DNA of 64,000 nt, from the IMG/VR virus record IMGVR_UViG_3300021376_000006; one strand, written 5' to 3'. Position 1 is the stretch's first letter. Each line of letters opens with the position of its first letter. Origin of the DNA: a virus. Its lineage: Duplodnaviria > Caudoviricetes. The translations under genes and the position numbers were made by a program. Of this stretch, positions 8,370 to 18,140 are shown piece after piece. The notes beneath the pieces are model-generated. The model searched no databases, was not told the DNA's origin, and saw nothing but the letters and a program-made list of their open reading frames with translations.

Positions 8370-9674
8370 TTAAACCGCCTGTTGTCTTAGTGCTGCAATT
8401 TGTGCAGTTAAATCTTCAATCTGCTTTTTGATTTGTGTTTTTTGTGCTGACATTTGTTGCATGGCCATGGTTTTTTCAACAGGATTGGCACCTTGGGGAA
8501 ATTGTTGATTTAGGTCTGCCAACTGTGCTCGAGCTGCTTGCAGTTGTGCAACCAGTTGAGCTATCTGGCCTTGAATCTGTTGTTTGGCTGCTTTGCGTTC
8601 TTGCCCTTTTGCAAATTCTTCTGCGGGATTTCTAGCTGTGTCGTTGCCAATGCCAGATCCAGGAGCACCATATTCTGTAATAGGAGGAGTTTCCTTCCAG
8701 TTGGGCAATGGAGCATGATATCGACCTTTGTCTTGACCAGGTACTTTGATGTCTTGTATGGTGTCTGGTTCTTTAGGCATAAATTCTTTACCACGTTTAA
8801 CAGGAGATTGAATACCTTTGATTAGCTCTTGAGTAATTGGTGTTTCTTTGCCTGTGAAGGTTCTATACCATTTGTCATGGTAATACGAACCAATTGGTAC
8901 TAGCTCTTCCCTGCCATCTGGGTATATATGAATAAACCTTACTTTATCGTAGGCATCACTGCCAACCGGTCTTTTCATTCTAACAGTAACTTTTTCGCCT
9001 TCTTCGGAATCGTTGTCTTCTTGCACATTTTCGCTGATACGAGGATCTCCTCTTCCTCGAAAATATTGAGGAGGCAAACTTTTTTTTACCGGTCTTCCCC
9101 TAAAATAGTCAGTGTTATCTTGCCCAGGTATAATAGTATCTCGATCGGTAGGAACATCAGGTACCGGTATTGGGGGGGATTTCGGTGCTGGCCCAGGGTT
9201 TTCAAAGTTTTGTTTCAGTTGATCGTACATTTGATCAACCATGGGATCTCGTGGTGCAGGTCGGCCTGTAAAGTCTTCAATCCAATCTTGCCATGGACCG
9301 CTGTACCTGTCAAGTACTACTGGACCATTTGTCCCCGGAACGGTTATAATCCATTTGTGTGGATTTTCTGGATCATCGGGGTCTCGATCCAGAGAATGCT
9401 TTTCGTAGTCTTGTTCTGCCAGTTTGTATTCTTGCCATTCTTGAAATAAATCTCTTTTGACAGGATTGCTGTTGATCAATTGACCCAGCTCTTTTAAAAA
9501 ACTTTCTGACTCTTCTACACTTTCAGCCGCACCGTCACCTACCATCTTGTTACGAATTTTTTTGGCATTATCTGTGCCTTTTAGGTATCCGGGCCATCGT
9601 GGACCTGTTGGTTTCTTTTCGGCTGCTGTCATGGCATCCATTTTTTCCAACAGGTTTCGTAAATCACTCATCAA
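8370..9674 (-). CDS. Hypothetical protein, C-terminal coiled coil; probable virion protein
   Basis: 434 aa; MSDLRNLLE start; Q/A-rich heptads. Confidence 0.6.
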   Translation of the reverse strand: MMSDLRNLLEKMDAMTAAEKKPTGPRWPGYLKGTDNAKKIRNKMVGDGAAESVEESESFLKELGQLINSNPVKRDLFQEWQEYKLAEQDYEKHSLDRDPDDPENPHKWIITVPGTNGPVVLDRYSGPWQDWIEDFTGRPAPRDPMVDQMYDQLKQNFENPGPAPKSPPIPVPDVPTDRDTIIPGQDNTDYFRGRPVKKSLPPQYFRGRGDPRISENVQEDNDSEEGEKVTVRMKRPVGSDAYDKVRFIHIYPDGREELVPIGSYYHDKWYRTFTGKETPITQELIKGIQSPVKRGKEFMPKEPDTIQDIKVPGQDKGRYHAPLPNWKETPPITEYGAPGSGIGNDTARNPAEEFAKGQERKAAKQQIQGQIAQLVAQLQAARAQLADLNQQFPQGANPVEKTMAMQQMSAQKTQIKKQIEDLTAQIAALRQQAV

Positions 9675-10372
9675 TAGATGCCTTTGCCCACTGTGACTTT
9701 TTTAGATTTGTAACTGTTGCCCATTTTCTTTGGCACTCCACTTGAAGGTTTGTGACCAGGACCAGACATGGATGTTGCCACTGCACCTGCACTGCTGGCA
9801 CCACCTGTGGCCATCTCTGACAGTTGTTGGCCTTCTGCCATGCCTTGTTCACCCAGGCTGGCTTGTCCTGCCACAGCTCTACCTGTTGGCTTAGAACTGA
9901 TGCCAGTACGGCTTGACTTCATCTTTTCGCCACCGCCACCAATGTGTCTACTTCCGCCTAAACGTTCTGATTTTCTTGGCTTGTGTGTTTTACCTTTTTG
10001 CACTTGGCCGCCCTTGGCCAAAAAATCCTTGACAGCATCGTCGTAGTCATCTTCAACCAGCAGTTGGTCTAGAGCGTAATCAGCAGCTGATTCAGCGAAT
10101 GCCATCATTTCTGGCTCTTGACTTACTGCTTCGTACTTCATGTAATCTCTTACACTTTCTAGATACTGGCTTGCAAGAGTCAGTTTGCTTTGTACCCAAC
10201 CTTCTAGGCCTTCCATTTCGCTTACATCTCTAAGCAAACGATGTATTTCAATTGCTGCCTGTGCTGCTGAATACATCTGACTTCTAGCCATTTGCACTTC
10301 GTGATCTCTATGCATATCATCGGCTTCTTGAGCGATTATGCTGTTTTCTACTATAAATTCTGTTGGTTTCAT
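9671..10372 (-). CDS. Probable virion internal protein
   Basis: 233 aa; N-terminus MKPTEFIVE. Confidence 0.6.
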   Translation of the reverse strand: MKPTEFIVENSIIAQEADDMHRDHEVQMARSQMYSAAQAAIEIHRLLRDVSEMEGLEGWVQSKLTLASQYLESVRDYMKYEAVSQEPEMMAFAESAADYALDQLLVEDDYDDAVKDFLAKGGQVQKGKTHKPRKSERLGGSRHIGGGGEKMKSSRTGISSKPTGRAVAGQASLGEQGMAEGQQLSEMATGGASSAGAVATSMSGPGHKPSSGVPKKMGNSYKSKKVTVGKGIY

Positions 10373-10396
10373 GTGTGTTTCCTGATAATGTAGTAT

Positions 10397-10876
10397 TTAT
10401 TTTTTGGCGTTCAACTGCCTGGCTCTTTGTACCAATGGAATATAGGTATCATAATTTTTAACTTGTACAACCTTCCTAGGACGTTCAGCGGGTGGTGCCA
10501 ACGGAGTTGGTCGCGAAACCTTTGCTAGATCAATTAACAAATTATGTGTGTGTGTTTCGCGACGATTCAACAAATGATCTACAACAAATCTCCATTCAAT
10601 ACGTGCGCCATTTGTTTTTAACAAATTTTTGTTAACTGGTTGTTGGTCAACCTTAAAGTGTTCGAGTTCAAAACGACTGCGATTATCTAAATTTTCTAAA
10701 CAAAAAGTATGTACACCAGTGTCTAGGTCACAATACATGTGTTCGGTGATATAGTTCTGATAGCTAGGCCATCCAAATGTACGTTCGACCAGCATTTCGT
10801 TGTCAACATAAATTCTGTAAATTGGGGGATTGTCGCTCCAGTGGCTGTAAACATCAACCTCCAATTTAGTATGCAT
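10397..10876 (-). CDS. Hypothetical protein
   Basis: 159 aa ORF. Confidence 0.7.
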   Translation of the reverse strand: MHTKLEVDVYSHWSDNPPIYRIYVDNEMLVERTFGWPSYQNYITEHMYCDLDTGVHTFCLENLDNRSRFELEHFKVDQQPVNKNLLKTNGARIEWRFVVDHLLNRRETHTHNLLIDLAKVSRPTPLAPPAERPRKVVQVKNYDTYIPLVQRARQLNAKK

Positions 10877-12096
10877 TATTTTTTTCTACCTTGGCAATGA
10901 GCTCGCTGGCTAAAGCCTCGAGGACGATTGCAGTTGATGCTGCGTTTGTATTTGGCGCTCCATTTTTCTTTCAATGTGGCTATTTGTTCTTTCAATTGTT
11001 CTACACTGTCGACTAAATGCATTTTTTTAAGTTGTCTGTTTACTTCACCGGGACTTATATCATTGGTCAGACTGTGACTATATCTTGGATCGCGGGCCTG
11101 TTTTTTATTTGCAATAACACCTACACCAGCAGTTTCATAGTAACGATCGCGACTGCGTTTTTTAACTTCCGACTCCAGACCATAATTTTCACCGCCCCAC
11201 TTCAGCATAGGATCGTCCATTCTGGCTGTAGCAGGATCGCTTTTGATTCTTTTGCCTAATTCAGTGTCATGTACATGACCTTTAAAGTCACCGGGCATCT
11301 TCTCTGTTGGTTTATCCCAAGGCGCCTGATTACCAATCACATTGTCTTGACCAGGTGGGTATTTGCCAGTATTGTATTTGTCTTGTTTGTACAATTGGTA
11401 AGTTAATTTGCCGGTTTGTTTTTGAAGCGGAGTAAGTTCTGCTTCCTGATCCTCAGTAACAGTTTGTGGTATTTTATCCAGTATTCTACCAAGTTCAGCA
11501 TCATCTCTACCGTACATTTGTAACAAATATTCACTACGTAATTTAGGTGTGTCTCTAACTGCATTCCATGCTGCTCGTGCAGCTGTGCCATGACTGACAT
11601 CTACCTGTTGTCCGTTTATGGAGATAACTTTTTGACGCTCGTCTGCAATTATTACATACCCGTGCTTGTCAGCAGTTGTACATTCGTCCAAGCTTTTGAA
11701 CGTTTTAAAATAACCCGGATTGCCATCTTTCTTTACGCTGTCTGGGCGCAGGCGGTCTCGATCCGGAGTACCGACTGCTGCTATAAAAATTGTATTAGCA
11801 GGATTGAATTGCTGTTCTGGTAATTTGTAAGGATTGGTTACTTCCACAATACGATCACTGGGTACTCCAGCTGCGTTCATGAATACTGTTTTGTCTGAAA
11901 AATTAAAAGGGCTTTTAGGAAGTTCTGTTTTATTGCTAGTTGCAATATAGACGCTGTCGCGCCCGAACTTGTTTTGTAGGCTTTGAAATACTTCTCTGTG
12001 CCCGAGGTGAAAAGGTTGAAATCGGCCCGGGTATAGTACAACCAATTGCGGGCCAGCTTCAGCTACATACGATTCAAAAAGATCAGCAATATGCAT
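10876..12096 (-). CDS. HxGH cytidylyltransferase-like nucleotidyltransferase with C-terminal basic modules
   Basis: LYPGRFQPFHLGH; C-terminus EKWSAKYKRSINCNRPRGFSQRAHCQGRKK. Confidence 0.75.
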   Translation of the reverse strand: MHIADLFESYVAEAGPQLVVLYPGRFQPFHLGHREVFQSLQNKFGRDSVYIATSNKTELPKSPFNFSDKTVFMNAAGVPSDRIVEVTNPYKLPEQQFNPANTIFIAAVGTPDRDRLRPDSVKKDGNPGYFKTFKSLDECTTADKHGYVIIADERQKVISINGQQVDVSHGTAARAAWNAVRDTPKLRSEYLLQMYGRDDAELGRILDKIPQTVTEDQEAELTPLQKQTGKLTYQLYKQDKYNTGKYPPGQDNVIGNQAPWDKPTEKMPGDFKGHVHDTELGKRIKSDPATARMDDPMLKWGGENYGLESEVKKRSRDRYYETAGVGVIANKKQARDPRYSHSLTNDISPGEVNRQLKKMHLVDSVEQLKEQIATLKEKWSAKYKRSINCNRPRGFSQRAHCQGRKK

Positions 12097-12125
12097 GAAA
12101 CATCCATTATATTGCTGTATTTAGC

Positions 12126-12605
12126 TTAAATGGTCTCTAGCAACCAAATGTAAAACGGACTTGTAAAAGGTAAAGTCCAACGTCCGTTCCAGCCCAAGTT
12201 TACACAATTTTTAATTGATACAGCCAAATCTTGGCCTTGCTTGATGGTTTCTTGCCGATATATTTCAGGATAATCCGGCTCATAATCACTAGCTGTCCAA
12301 AGTAAAGATCCTAGATCAATTGCGTCTATTTCAACTGATTCTATGTTTAATAACATGTCTTCGGTTATGCTACCATCTTTATCTAATACAGTATCGTATA
12401 TTGTTTTGTTTAATAACTCGATGCTTAGTACACAATCGCCATCATGTACTGTAGCATCAAATTCAAAGTATTGAGTAACAAATGGGGCAACTGTCAATTG
12501 TGTAGATAACTGTTCTTGACCATTCAGCAAAATTTTAATTTTAGGTTGTTTTTTTGACGACGAGCCACTCAATCCTATTTTAAAATGTAAATTTTCATGT
12601 TCCAT
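12126..12605 (-). CDS. Hypothetical protein
   Basis: Likely start MEHENLHF. Confidence 0.7.
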   Translation of the reverse strand: MEHENLHFKIGLSGSSSKKQPKIKILLNGQEQLSTQLTVAPFVTQYFEFDATVHDGDCVLSIELLNKTIYDTVLDKDGSITEDMLLNIESVEIDAIDLGSLLWTASDYEPDYPEIYRQETIKQGQDLAVSIKNCVNLGWNGRWTLPFTSPFYIWLLETI

Positions 12606-12615
12606 TGCCTGTCCT

Positions 12616-13566
12616 TTATGCTGGTGCCTTTTGCGCCATTTTAATTGCATCAGCTAGTGCAGCCGGCGCAGATGCATCCAGTTCTGGTGCTGCACCTTCA
12701 GGTTGTGCAAATTGTGGCATCTTGCTGAGATCTCCAACAAATTCGTAATGTCCGATGTGGTTTAATAACACTTTGCCATGCGCCCAGATCTCGCCGCCTA
12801 ATGCACTCCATCTACGGCAGAACTGCCAATCTTCAGATAGATAGTGTCCTTTTTCATCAATGGCCACATCAAAGATGCTGTACATTGTGGGTTCAAATTG
12901 TTTACCAAGACCAACGTCATCTACATATTTGGTTTCTGGGTGTGCTTTGCACAGTGTTTCATATACATGCCGTTTAAACAACAAGAAACCTGTGCCCATT
13001 GTATCAACAGTGAAAATATCACCTTGTACTTTTGTTTCGCGCTTGAGATTGATAACATAATTTACTGGCAATGCTTTCTTAGGATATAGGCCGCCAATAA
13101 CATCTTTATCACAAGCCATCATTTGCAAGATACTTTCTGGTTGGAAACGAATGTCAGCATCAATAAACATAAAATGTGTAGCAGACGCATTAGTCATCAT
13201 CTTAGCCATCAAGTTGTTTCTTGCTCTAGTGACCAAGCTTTCATTGACCATGGTGTCAAGACTCCAATTTAATCCAACTTGTTGCGCCATAAGAATAAAA
13301 CGCAACAGACTAGTCATTGTAGGTTCGCTGACATTCCCACCATAACAGGGCATGCCAATATGCAAATGGCATTTAGTAAAGTCAAACGGAACACCTTGTT
13401 GCTGTTGTTCACGTTGCTGAGCCTGTTGTGCAGCAGCAGCTTTAATCATCGCTACTGCATCTTTCGGGTCAGGTGCTGCTGATTGCTTGGCTGCTACTGC
13501 TGCCTTGATTGCTGCCACTGCATCTGCCTGTGTAGATGCAGATTCTCCAATTACTTTTTTGGTCAT
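12616..13566 (-). CDS. GT-A fold glycosyltransferase-like protein
   Basis: HIGMPCYGG, FMFIDADIRF (DxD), YLSEDWQFC. Confidence 0.75.
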   Translation of the reverse strand: MTKKVIGESASTQADAVAAIKAAVAAKQSAAPDPKDAVAMIKAAAAQQAQQREQQQQGVPFDFTKCHLHIGMPCYGGNVSEPTMTSLLRFILMAQQVGLNWSLDTMVNESLVTRARNNLMAKMMTNASATHFMFIDADIRFQPESILQMMACDKDVIGGLYPKKALPVNYVINLKRETKVQGDIFTVDTMGTGFLLFKRHVYETLCKAHPETKYVDDVGLGKQFEPTMYSIFDVAIDEKGHYLSEDWQFCRRWSALGGEIWAHGKVLLNHIGHYEFVGDLSKMPQFAQPEGAAPELDASAPAALADAIKMAQKAPA

Positions 13567-13589
13567 TGATTTCTCTCTTAGTTAATTGA

Positions 13590-13754
13590 TTAGGCTTTGT
13601 TTGCTTCTACTACCACGCTGTTGCCTAGCAGTTCTTGTGCCACTTGTTCAAGTGCTGCTCTAATTTCTTCAGTAATAAACACACCAGGGGTTTCGTGGTC
13701 TTTGACAAGTTTGCTTACAGATATAATTACCACTTCTTCATGTACTTTGGCCAT
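13590..13754 (-). CDS. Small hypothetical protein (54 aa, not in ORF track)
   Basis: MAKVHEEVVIISVSKLVKD...VEANKA. Confidence 0.7.
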   Translation of the reverse strand: MAKVHEEVVIISVSKLVKDHETPGVFITEEIRAALEQVAQELLGNSVVVEANKA

Positions 13755-13777
13755 TTGGGCTTCCTTGAATAATAAAG

Positions 13778-14500
13778 TTATTTATTATCCAAGTAAACGA
13801 ACTCAGAAACTTCTCTAATAATATCTGGGTTAATAAGTGTTATGAACGTGGCCACTTTTTTATCGTTAGTGTAAAAATATGCACCCCAAATCCAATCGTG
13901 TGGTCTGGTTAAACTTTCACGAGTGTGATCAGTCAATCTTACCAGATCCCCTAAACTTTGAAGATAATTTAATATTTGAATCCGAGATTCATAACTAAAT
14001 TGCTTTTCCTTAAACCAAATTCTATATTGATATTTAGGAGGCTTTTTGACCAGTACCATATGTTTTTCTAATCTAGCCTTGATTTCTTCATTGGCTGGTC
14101 CAGTTATTGATGTTATTTTATCTCTGTTATCGGGATCTATTGATTTTGCAACAGATTTGATCATGGTTTCATCTGTAGCATAAACAGAAATTTTAGGTTC
14201 CTCTGTACGTATTTTTACGTCAGGATATTCATAATAAAGATTACTTAGACTATGCAAAAACCCCACATTCGCCTCTTTGAGATACTTAAACAATTGTTTG
14301 TTGTGCCAAGAACCTTGGCGTCGATAATCTCGCACCCAGTCACGCCTTTTACTAATGTCCAGTGCAATATCTGCACATCTTATACTTTTACAACCAGGAG
14401 CATAGATGTCTAATCTATAGTAATATTGATTATAAAATTGTTTTGTTGATGCTTGTATTTCAATACTGGGTGATAGGTTCTTCCAGAACGATGTATCCAT
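13778..14500 (-). CDS. Hypothetical protein
   Basis: 240 aa ORF. Confidence 0.75.
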   Translation of the reverse strand: MDTSFWKNLSPSIEIQASTKQFYNQYYYRLDIYAPGCKSIRCADIALDISKRRDWVRDYRRQGSWHNKQLFKYLKEANVGFLHSLSNLYYEYPDVKIRTEEPKISVYATDETMIKSVAKSIDPDNRDKITSITGPANEEIKARLEKHMVLVKKPPKYQYRIWFKEKQFSYESRIQILNYLQSLGDLVRLTDHTRESLTRPHDWIWGAYFYTNDKKVATFITLINPDIIREVSEFVYLDNK

Positions 14501-16754
14501 TTTCGTCTATTCTATGTTGAAAGGTTAATGTGTCTGCAGTTTGAAATACAAACTTGTCCTGGCAATAATCAACTATAACCGTATTACCTGCCATGATGTT
14601 TTCAAACAAGATTTTTTTACTTAAAGGCACTTTGATCAAATCATTGATTTTTCTTTGCAACGGTCTTGCGCCCATTTTGCTATCAAAGCCAGTTGTGATT
14701 AGTTCATCTACAGCCTGTTCGGTTAATCTAACACGCAATTGCTTGTCAAGAAGTAAATCATTGAGTTCATTGATACACTTGTTAACAATTTTACGCATGC
14801 TGAGTTGATCTAGTTTGACAAATTTTACTATGCCATCTAGTCTATTTCTAAATTCAGGTTTGAAAAAGTCCTTGACCGCACGATCATCTTCGCCTGACTT
14901 TTCTAATGCAGTGGTAAATCCAATAGTGTTTTTTTCGTTATCTGCTGCACCAAGATTAGATGTTAGTATAATAATTGCATTTTTGCAATCTGCTTTTTTA
15001 CCATTGCTGCTTGTGACTGAACCCTCGTCCATCATTTGCAATAAAATATTGCTTACATCCGGGTGTGCTTTTTCTATCTCATCCATTAAAATTATACAGT
15101 TTGGATTTTTTTCAATATCAGAAATCAATAATCCTCCACCAAGATTACCGTCGTCGTACCCTACATATCCTGGAGGTGCACCTATCAATTTGGCCACTGT
15201 GTGTCGTTCCTGATACTCACTCATGTCATATCTAAGCAGTTTCATACCAAGGTGCTCTGATAGTAATTTTGCTAGTTCAGTTTTTCCTGTGCCAGTTGGT
15301 CCTAAAAATAAAAAATTACCAATTGGTTTATTGATTGACTTTAAACCCGCTTTACTTACATAAATTTTTTCTAAAACATTTTCTACAGCAGTATCTTGAC
15401 CATACAATTTATCTTTTATAAGCATTTCTAAACTGCTAATGCCCTTTACACTTTTTGATGCAGTGTCTCCAATTTGATCAATTGGTATTTTTGTTATTCT
15501 ACTAATAGCTGTAACAACATCAGTTCTTGTTACAGTCCATGTGTTATTTTTGATTCGATGTTTAGCGCAACATGCATCAATCAAATCAATAGCTTTGTCT
15601 GGTAGTTTTTTGTCAGTCTGATATCTAACACTCAATTCCACAGCGGCGTCTATGGCTTCATCTAGTATTGTGCCGCCATGAAACTTTTCAAAGTTAAATC
15701 TTAAACCAAGTAGAATTTCTTTTGTTGTTTCTGCACTGGGTTCGTCGATGGTCACACGTTGAAATCTACGCATAAGTGCGCGATCTTTTTCAAAACTTTG
15801 CGTGTACTCCTCCCATGTTGTACTTGCAATTACTTTTATCTTGCCTTTGCTTAATGCAGGCTTTATCATGTTACTGAAGTCTACACTGCTTTGACTTCCT
15901 GCTCCGGCACCTCGCATTTGATGTGCTTCGTCTATAAAGAGAATTGCATTACCTTTTGTGTTCAATGCCGAGATAATTTCTTGTATTTTTTCTTCAAAAT
16001 CACCACGATACTTGCTGCCTGCTAACAAGCTTCCAATATCTAAATTGTACACAGTGTAGCCTTGTAGATATAACGGCACTGTTTTGGAAATAATAGACAA
16101 TGCTAGACCTTCTGCAATTGCTGTTTTACCTACACCGGGATCACCTACCATGAGTACATTGCTTTTGTTCCTACGTGCCAGTATTTCTACTATGTCTGCG
16201 GTTTCTTGCGCCCGACCAATGACTGGATCAATTTTACCTTCTTTGGCTGCTGTGTTTAGATTGTCACAGTAGTGTTCTAAAATCTTGTCTGCACGGTCTG
16301 AGCTGGCCAGGGATTTACTTGATTCAGATTTATAAGTTTTATTATACACCTCAACCAATTTCGCGCGATCGAGGCCATACTTGACCATAAAATAGTGTGC
16401 ATAGCTATTGTTTTCAGCATGGATGCTGAGAAACAAATCCATTAACTCTATATGCTTTCTTGCACTAAACAAAACCTGAGTAAACGCACGATTAAAGACA
16501 CGTTCGAGAGTGTGTGTTTTTTTTGGCTCAAAGTCACTAACAATCAAATTTGTAGCTTGGAGCAAATAAGATTCTAGCTCTGCATCTAATCCATCAGTAT
16601 CGGCACCAAACTCTGTTAACAATTCTTTGAAAGGATTAAACCTTATCATTGATAAAAATACATGCTCCAGAGTTACATATTCATGACTTAAATCTTTGGC
16701 CAATTGTGTTGCTTCAGCCACTATATAATCAATTTCTGGGTTGGTTTGTAGCAT
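14460..16754 (-). CDS. clpA: ATP-dependent Clp protease ATP-binding subunit ClpA
   Basis: Clp N-domain; Walker A GDPGVGKT and GPTGTGKT; LDIGSLLAGSKYRGDFE; IGF loop. Confidence 0.95.
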   Translation of the reverse strand: MLQTNPEIDYIVAEATQLAKDLSHEYVTLEHVFLSMIRFNPFKELLTEFGADTDGLDAELESYLLQATNLIVSDFEPKKTHTLERVFNRAFTQVLFSARKHIELMDLFLSIHAENNSYAHYFMVKYGLDRAKLVEVYNKTYKSESSKSLASSDRADKILEHYCDNLNTAAKEGKIDPVIGRAQETADIVEILARRNKSNVLMVGDPGVGKTAIAEGLALSIISKTVPLYLQGYTVYNLDIGSLLAGSKYRGDFEEKIQEIISALNTKGNAILFIDEAHQMRGAGAGSQSSVDFSNMIKPALSKGKIKVIASTTWEEYTQSFEKDRALMRRFQRVTIDEPSAETTKEILLGLRFNFEKFHGGTILDEAIDAAVELSVRYQTDKKLPDKAIDLIDACCAKHRIKNNTWTVTRTDVVTAISRITKIPIDQIGDTASKSVKGISSLEMLIKDKLYGQDTAVENVLEKIYVSKAGLKSINKPIGNFLFLGPTGTGKTELAKLLSEHLGMKLLRYDMSEYQERHTVAKLIGAPPGYVGYDDGNLGGGLLISDIEKNPNCIILMDEIEKAHPDVSNILLQMMDEGSVTSSNGKKADCKNAIIILTSNLGAADNEKNTIGFTTALEKSGEDDRAVKDFFKPEFRNRLDGIVKFVKLDQLSMRKIVNKCINELNDLLLDKQLRVRLTEQAVDELITTGFDSKMGARPLQRKINDLIKVPLSKKILFENIMAGNTVIVDYCQDKFVFQTADTLTFQHRIDENGYIVLEEPITQY

Positions 16755-16762
16755 AAAAATAT

Positions 16763-17629
16763 TTATTGAATGTAGAATAATTCTTTAAGCGAATCTATTT
16801 GTTGTTGTGACAAATTTATTGGAACGTTTATTTTAACATTAACTATTAAAGATCCCCTAACATTTTGATTCATTGCATAAAGACCTTGATTAGCTATTCT
16901 GAATCGTGTGTTTGGTTGAGTTCCGGCAGGTAAAGATAATTCAAATCTTTTGCCATCTAGGCCATGAACAATCAAGGTGTCTCCTACCATAGCTCTTACA
17001 CAATCAATTTGTGCTTCTGTAATTAAATCTAAATTGTCAATGCCAAACACAGTATTTGCTTCGATTTGAATACGCACATACAAATCTCCTCGTGGCAAGG
17101 AAGAAAAAAAGTTGTCGCCCAAGTTTGGATATTTTATTGTGCTACTTGGTTTAACTCCTCGAGGAATTTTAACTTCAATCGGATAGGTGTCACCATTTGT
17201 TGTTTTAACATTGATTATCTTGGTTTGCTCTTCAAGGGTGCTTGCCAAACTTATTAGCAGTTCGATTTGTAAATCTTTGTTTTTTCTTGGTTGCCTAAAA
17301 TGTGCCAAAGGGTCTCTGTGGTTTGCAAATCCTGAACCAAATGCAAATCCAAAATTACGGAGCATTTCTTCCATTCCTGGAGGTATGCCACCGTTGACAT
17401 CTTGTCCATTGACAGTAAATCTAAAACCACCCATACCACTACGTTCAGCATCGTATTGTGCTCTACGGTCATGATCACCTAATATATCATATGCTGCCTG
17501 AATTTTTTGAAATATATCGGTGTCTCCACCTTTGTCGGGATGATGTTGATTGGCAAGTTTACGATAGGCCTTTTTGATTTCATCTGGGCCGGCATTTTCA
17601 GTGACCCCTAAAGTTGCATAATGACTCAT
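16763..17629 (-). CDS. dnaJ: DnaJ/CbpA-type co-chaperone (no Zn finger)
   Basis: J-domain with HPD (HHPDKGG); C-terminal GDLYV substrate domain. Confidence 0.92.
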   Translation of the reverse strand: MSHYATLGVTENAGPDEIKKAYRKLANQHHPDKGGDTDIFQKIQAAYDILGDHDRRAQYDAERSGMGGFRFTVNGQDVNGGIPPGMEEMLRNFGFAFGSGFANHRDPLAHFRQPRKNKDLQIELLISLASTLEEQTKIINVKTTNGDTYPIEVKIPRGVKPSSTIKYPNLGDNFFSSLPRGDLYVRIQIEANTVFGIDNLDLITEAQIDCVRAMVGDTLIVHGLDGKRFELSLPAGTQPNTRFRIANQGLYAMNQNVRGSLIVNVKINVPINLSQQQIDSLKELFYIQ

Positions 17630-17635
17630 AATACT

Positions 17636-17664
17636 ATTATATAGCCTCCCAAGTAAGTAGTCAA
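17636..17664 (-). promoter_or_regulatory. Sigma70-type promoter of dnaJ (leaderless transcript)
   Basis: TTGACT-17-TATAAT, 6 nt before the ATG. Confidence 0.75.
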
Positions 17665-17676
17665 TATAAATGAAAT

Positions 17677-17693
17677 GAGCCCATAAAGGGCTC
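17677..17693 (-). terminator. Probable intrinsic terminator after the lysis block
   Basis: GAGCCC-TTTAT-GGGCTC followed by a T-rich run. Confidence 0.55.
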
Positions 17694-17718
17694 TAGTATT
17701 AAATTGTGTTTAACAATT

Positions 17719-17913
17719 TTATTTTTTTGAGTCTTTTTTTGCATCTTCAATCTTGGTTCCTTCTAGTTTCTTGTGAACCTTGATTGTTTTGCAAACTTCT
17801 TTTTCTTTCTTAGTTTTGTTATCAAATTCTTTAACACAAACTCGTTTTTCTTCGGCTGCATAAACACTGGATAGTGCAAGTACGCCGATCATTAATGCTA
17901 TAAAATAATTCAT
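17719..17913 (-). CDS. Small secreted protein
   Basis: Signal peptide, two Cys, Lys-rich. Confidence 0.7.
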   Translation of the reverse strand: MNYFIALMIGVLALSSVYAAEEKRVCVKEFDNKTKKEKEVCKTIKVHKKLEGTKIEDAKKDSKK

Positions 17914-18140
17914 TTTGGATTATCCTTTTTAGTAAATTTTTCTGATGCTGTAAATCCTAATCCACCCAATACAATATATGTGATCGCATCGAATGTCTGT
18001 GGACTAACTTTCTTTTCAAAAAACAATTCTGAAAAGAAAGCAGTTGCTAGTAGCAAAAAAGCCAAAAATGTAATGGTTCTTTTGCTACTAGGATTACTCT
18101 CGCTTTCTCCCGAAAGCATTTTAACAACAAATTGCATCAT
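17910..18140 (-). CDS. Two-TM holin-like protein
   Basis: 76 aa, 2 TM, basic C-terminus, in lysis block. Confidence 0.5.
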   Translation of the reverse strand: MMQFVVKMLSGESESNPSSKRTITFLAFLLLATAFFSELFFEKKVSPQTFDAITYIVLGGLGFTASEKFTKKDNPK

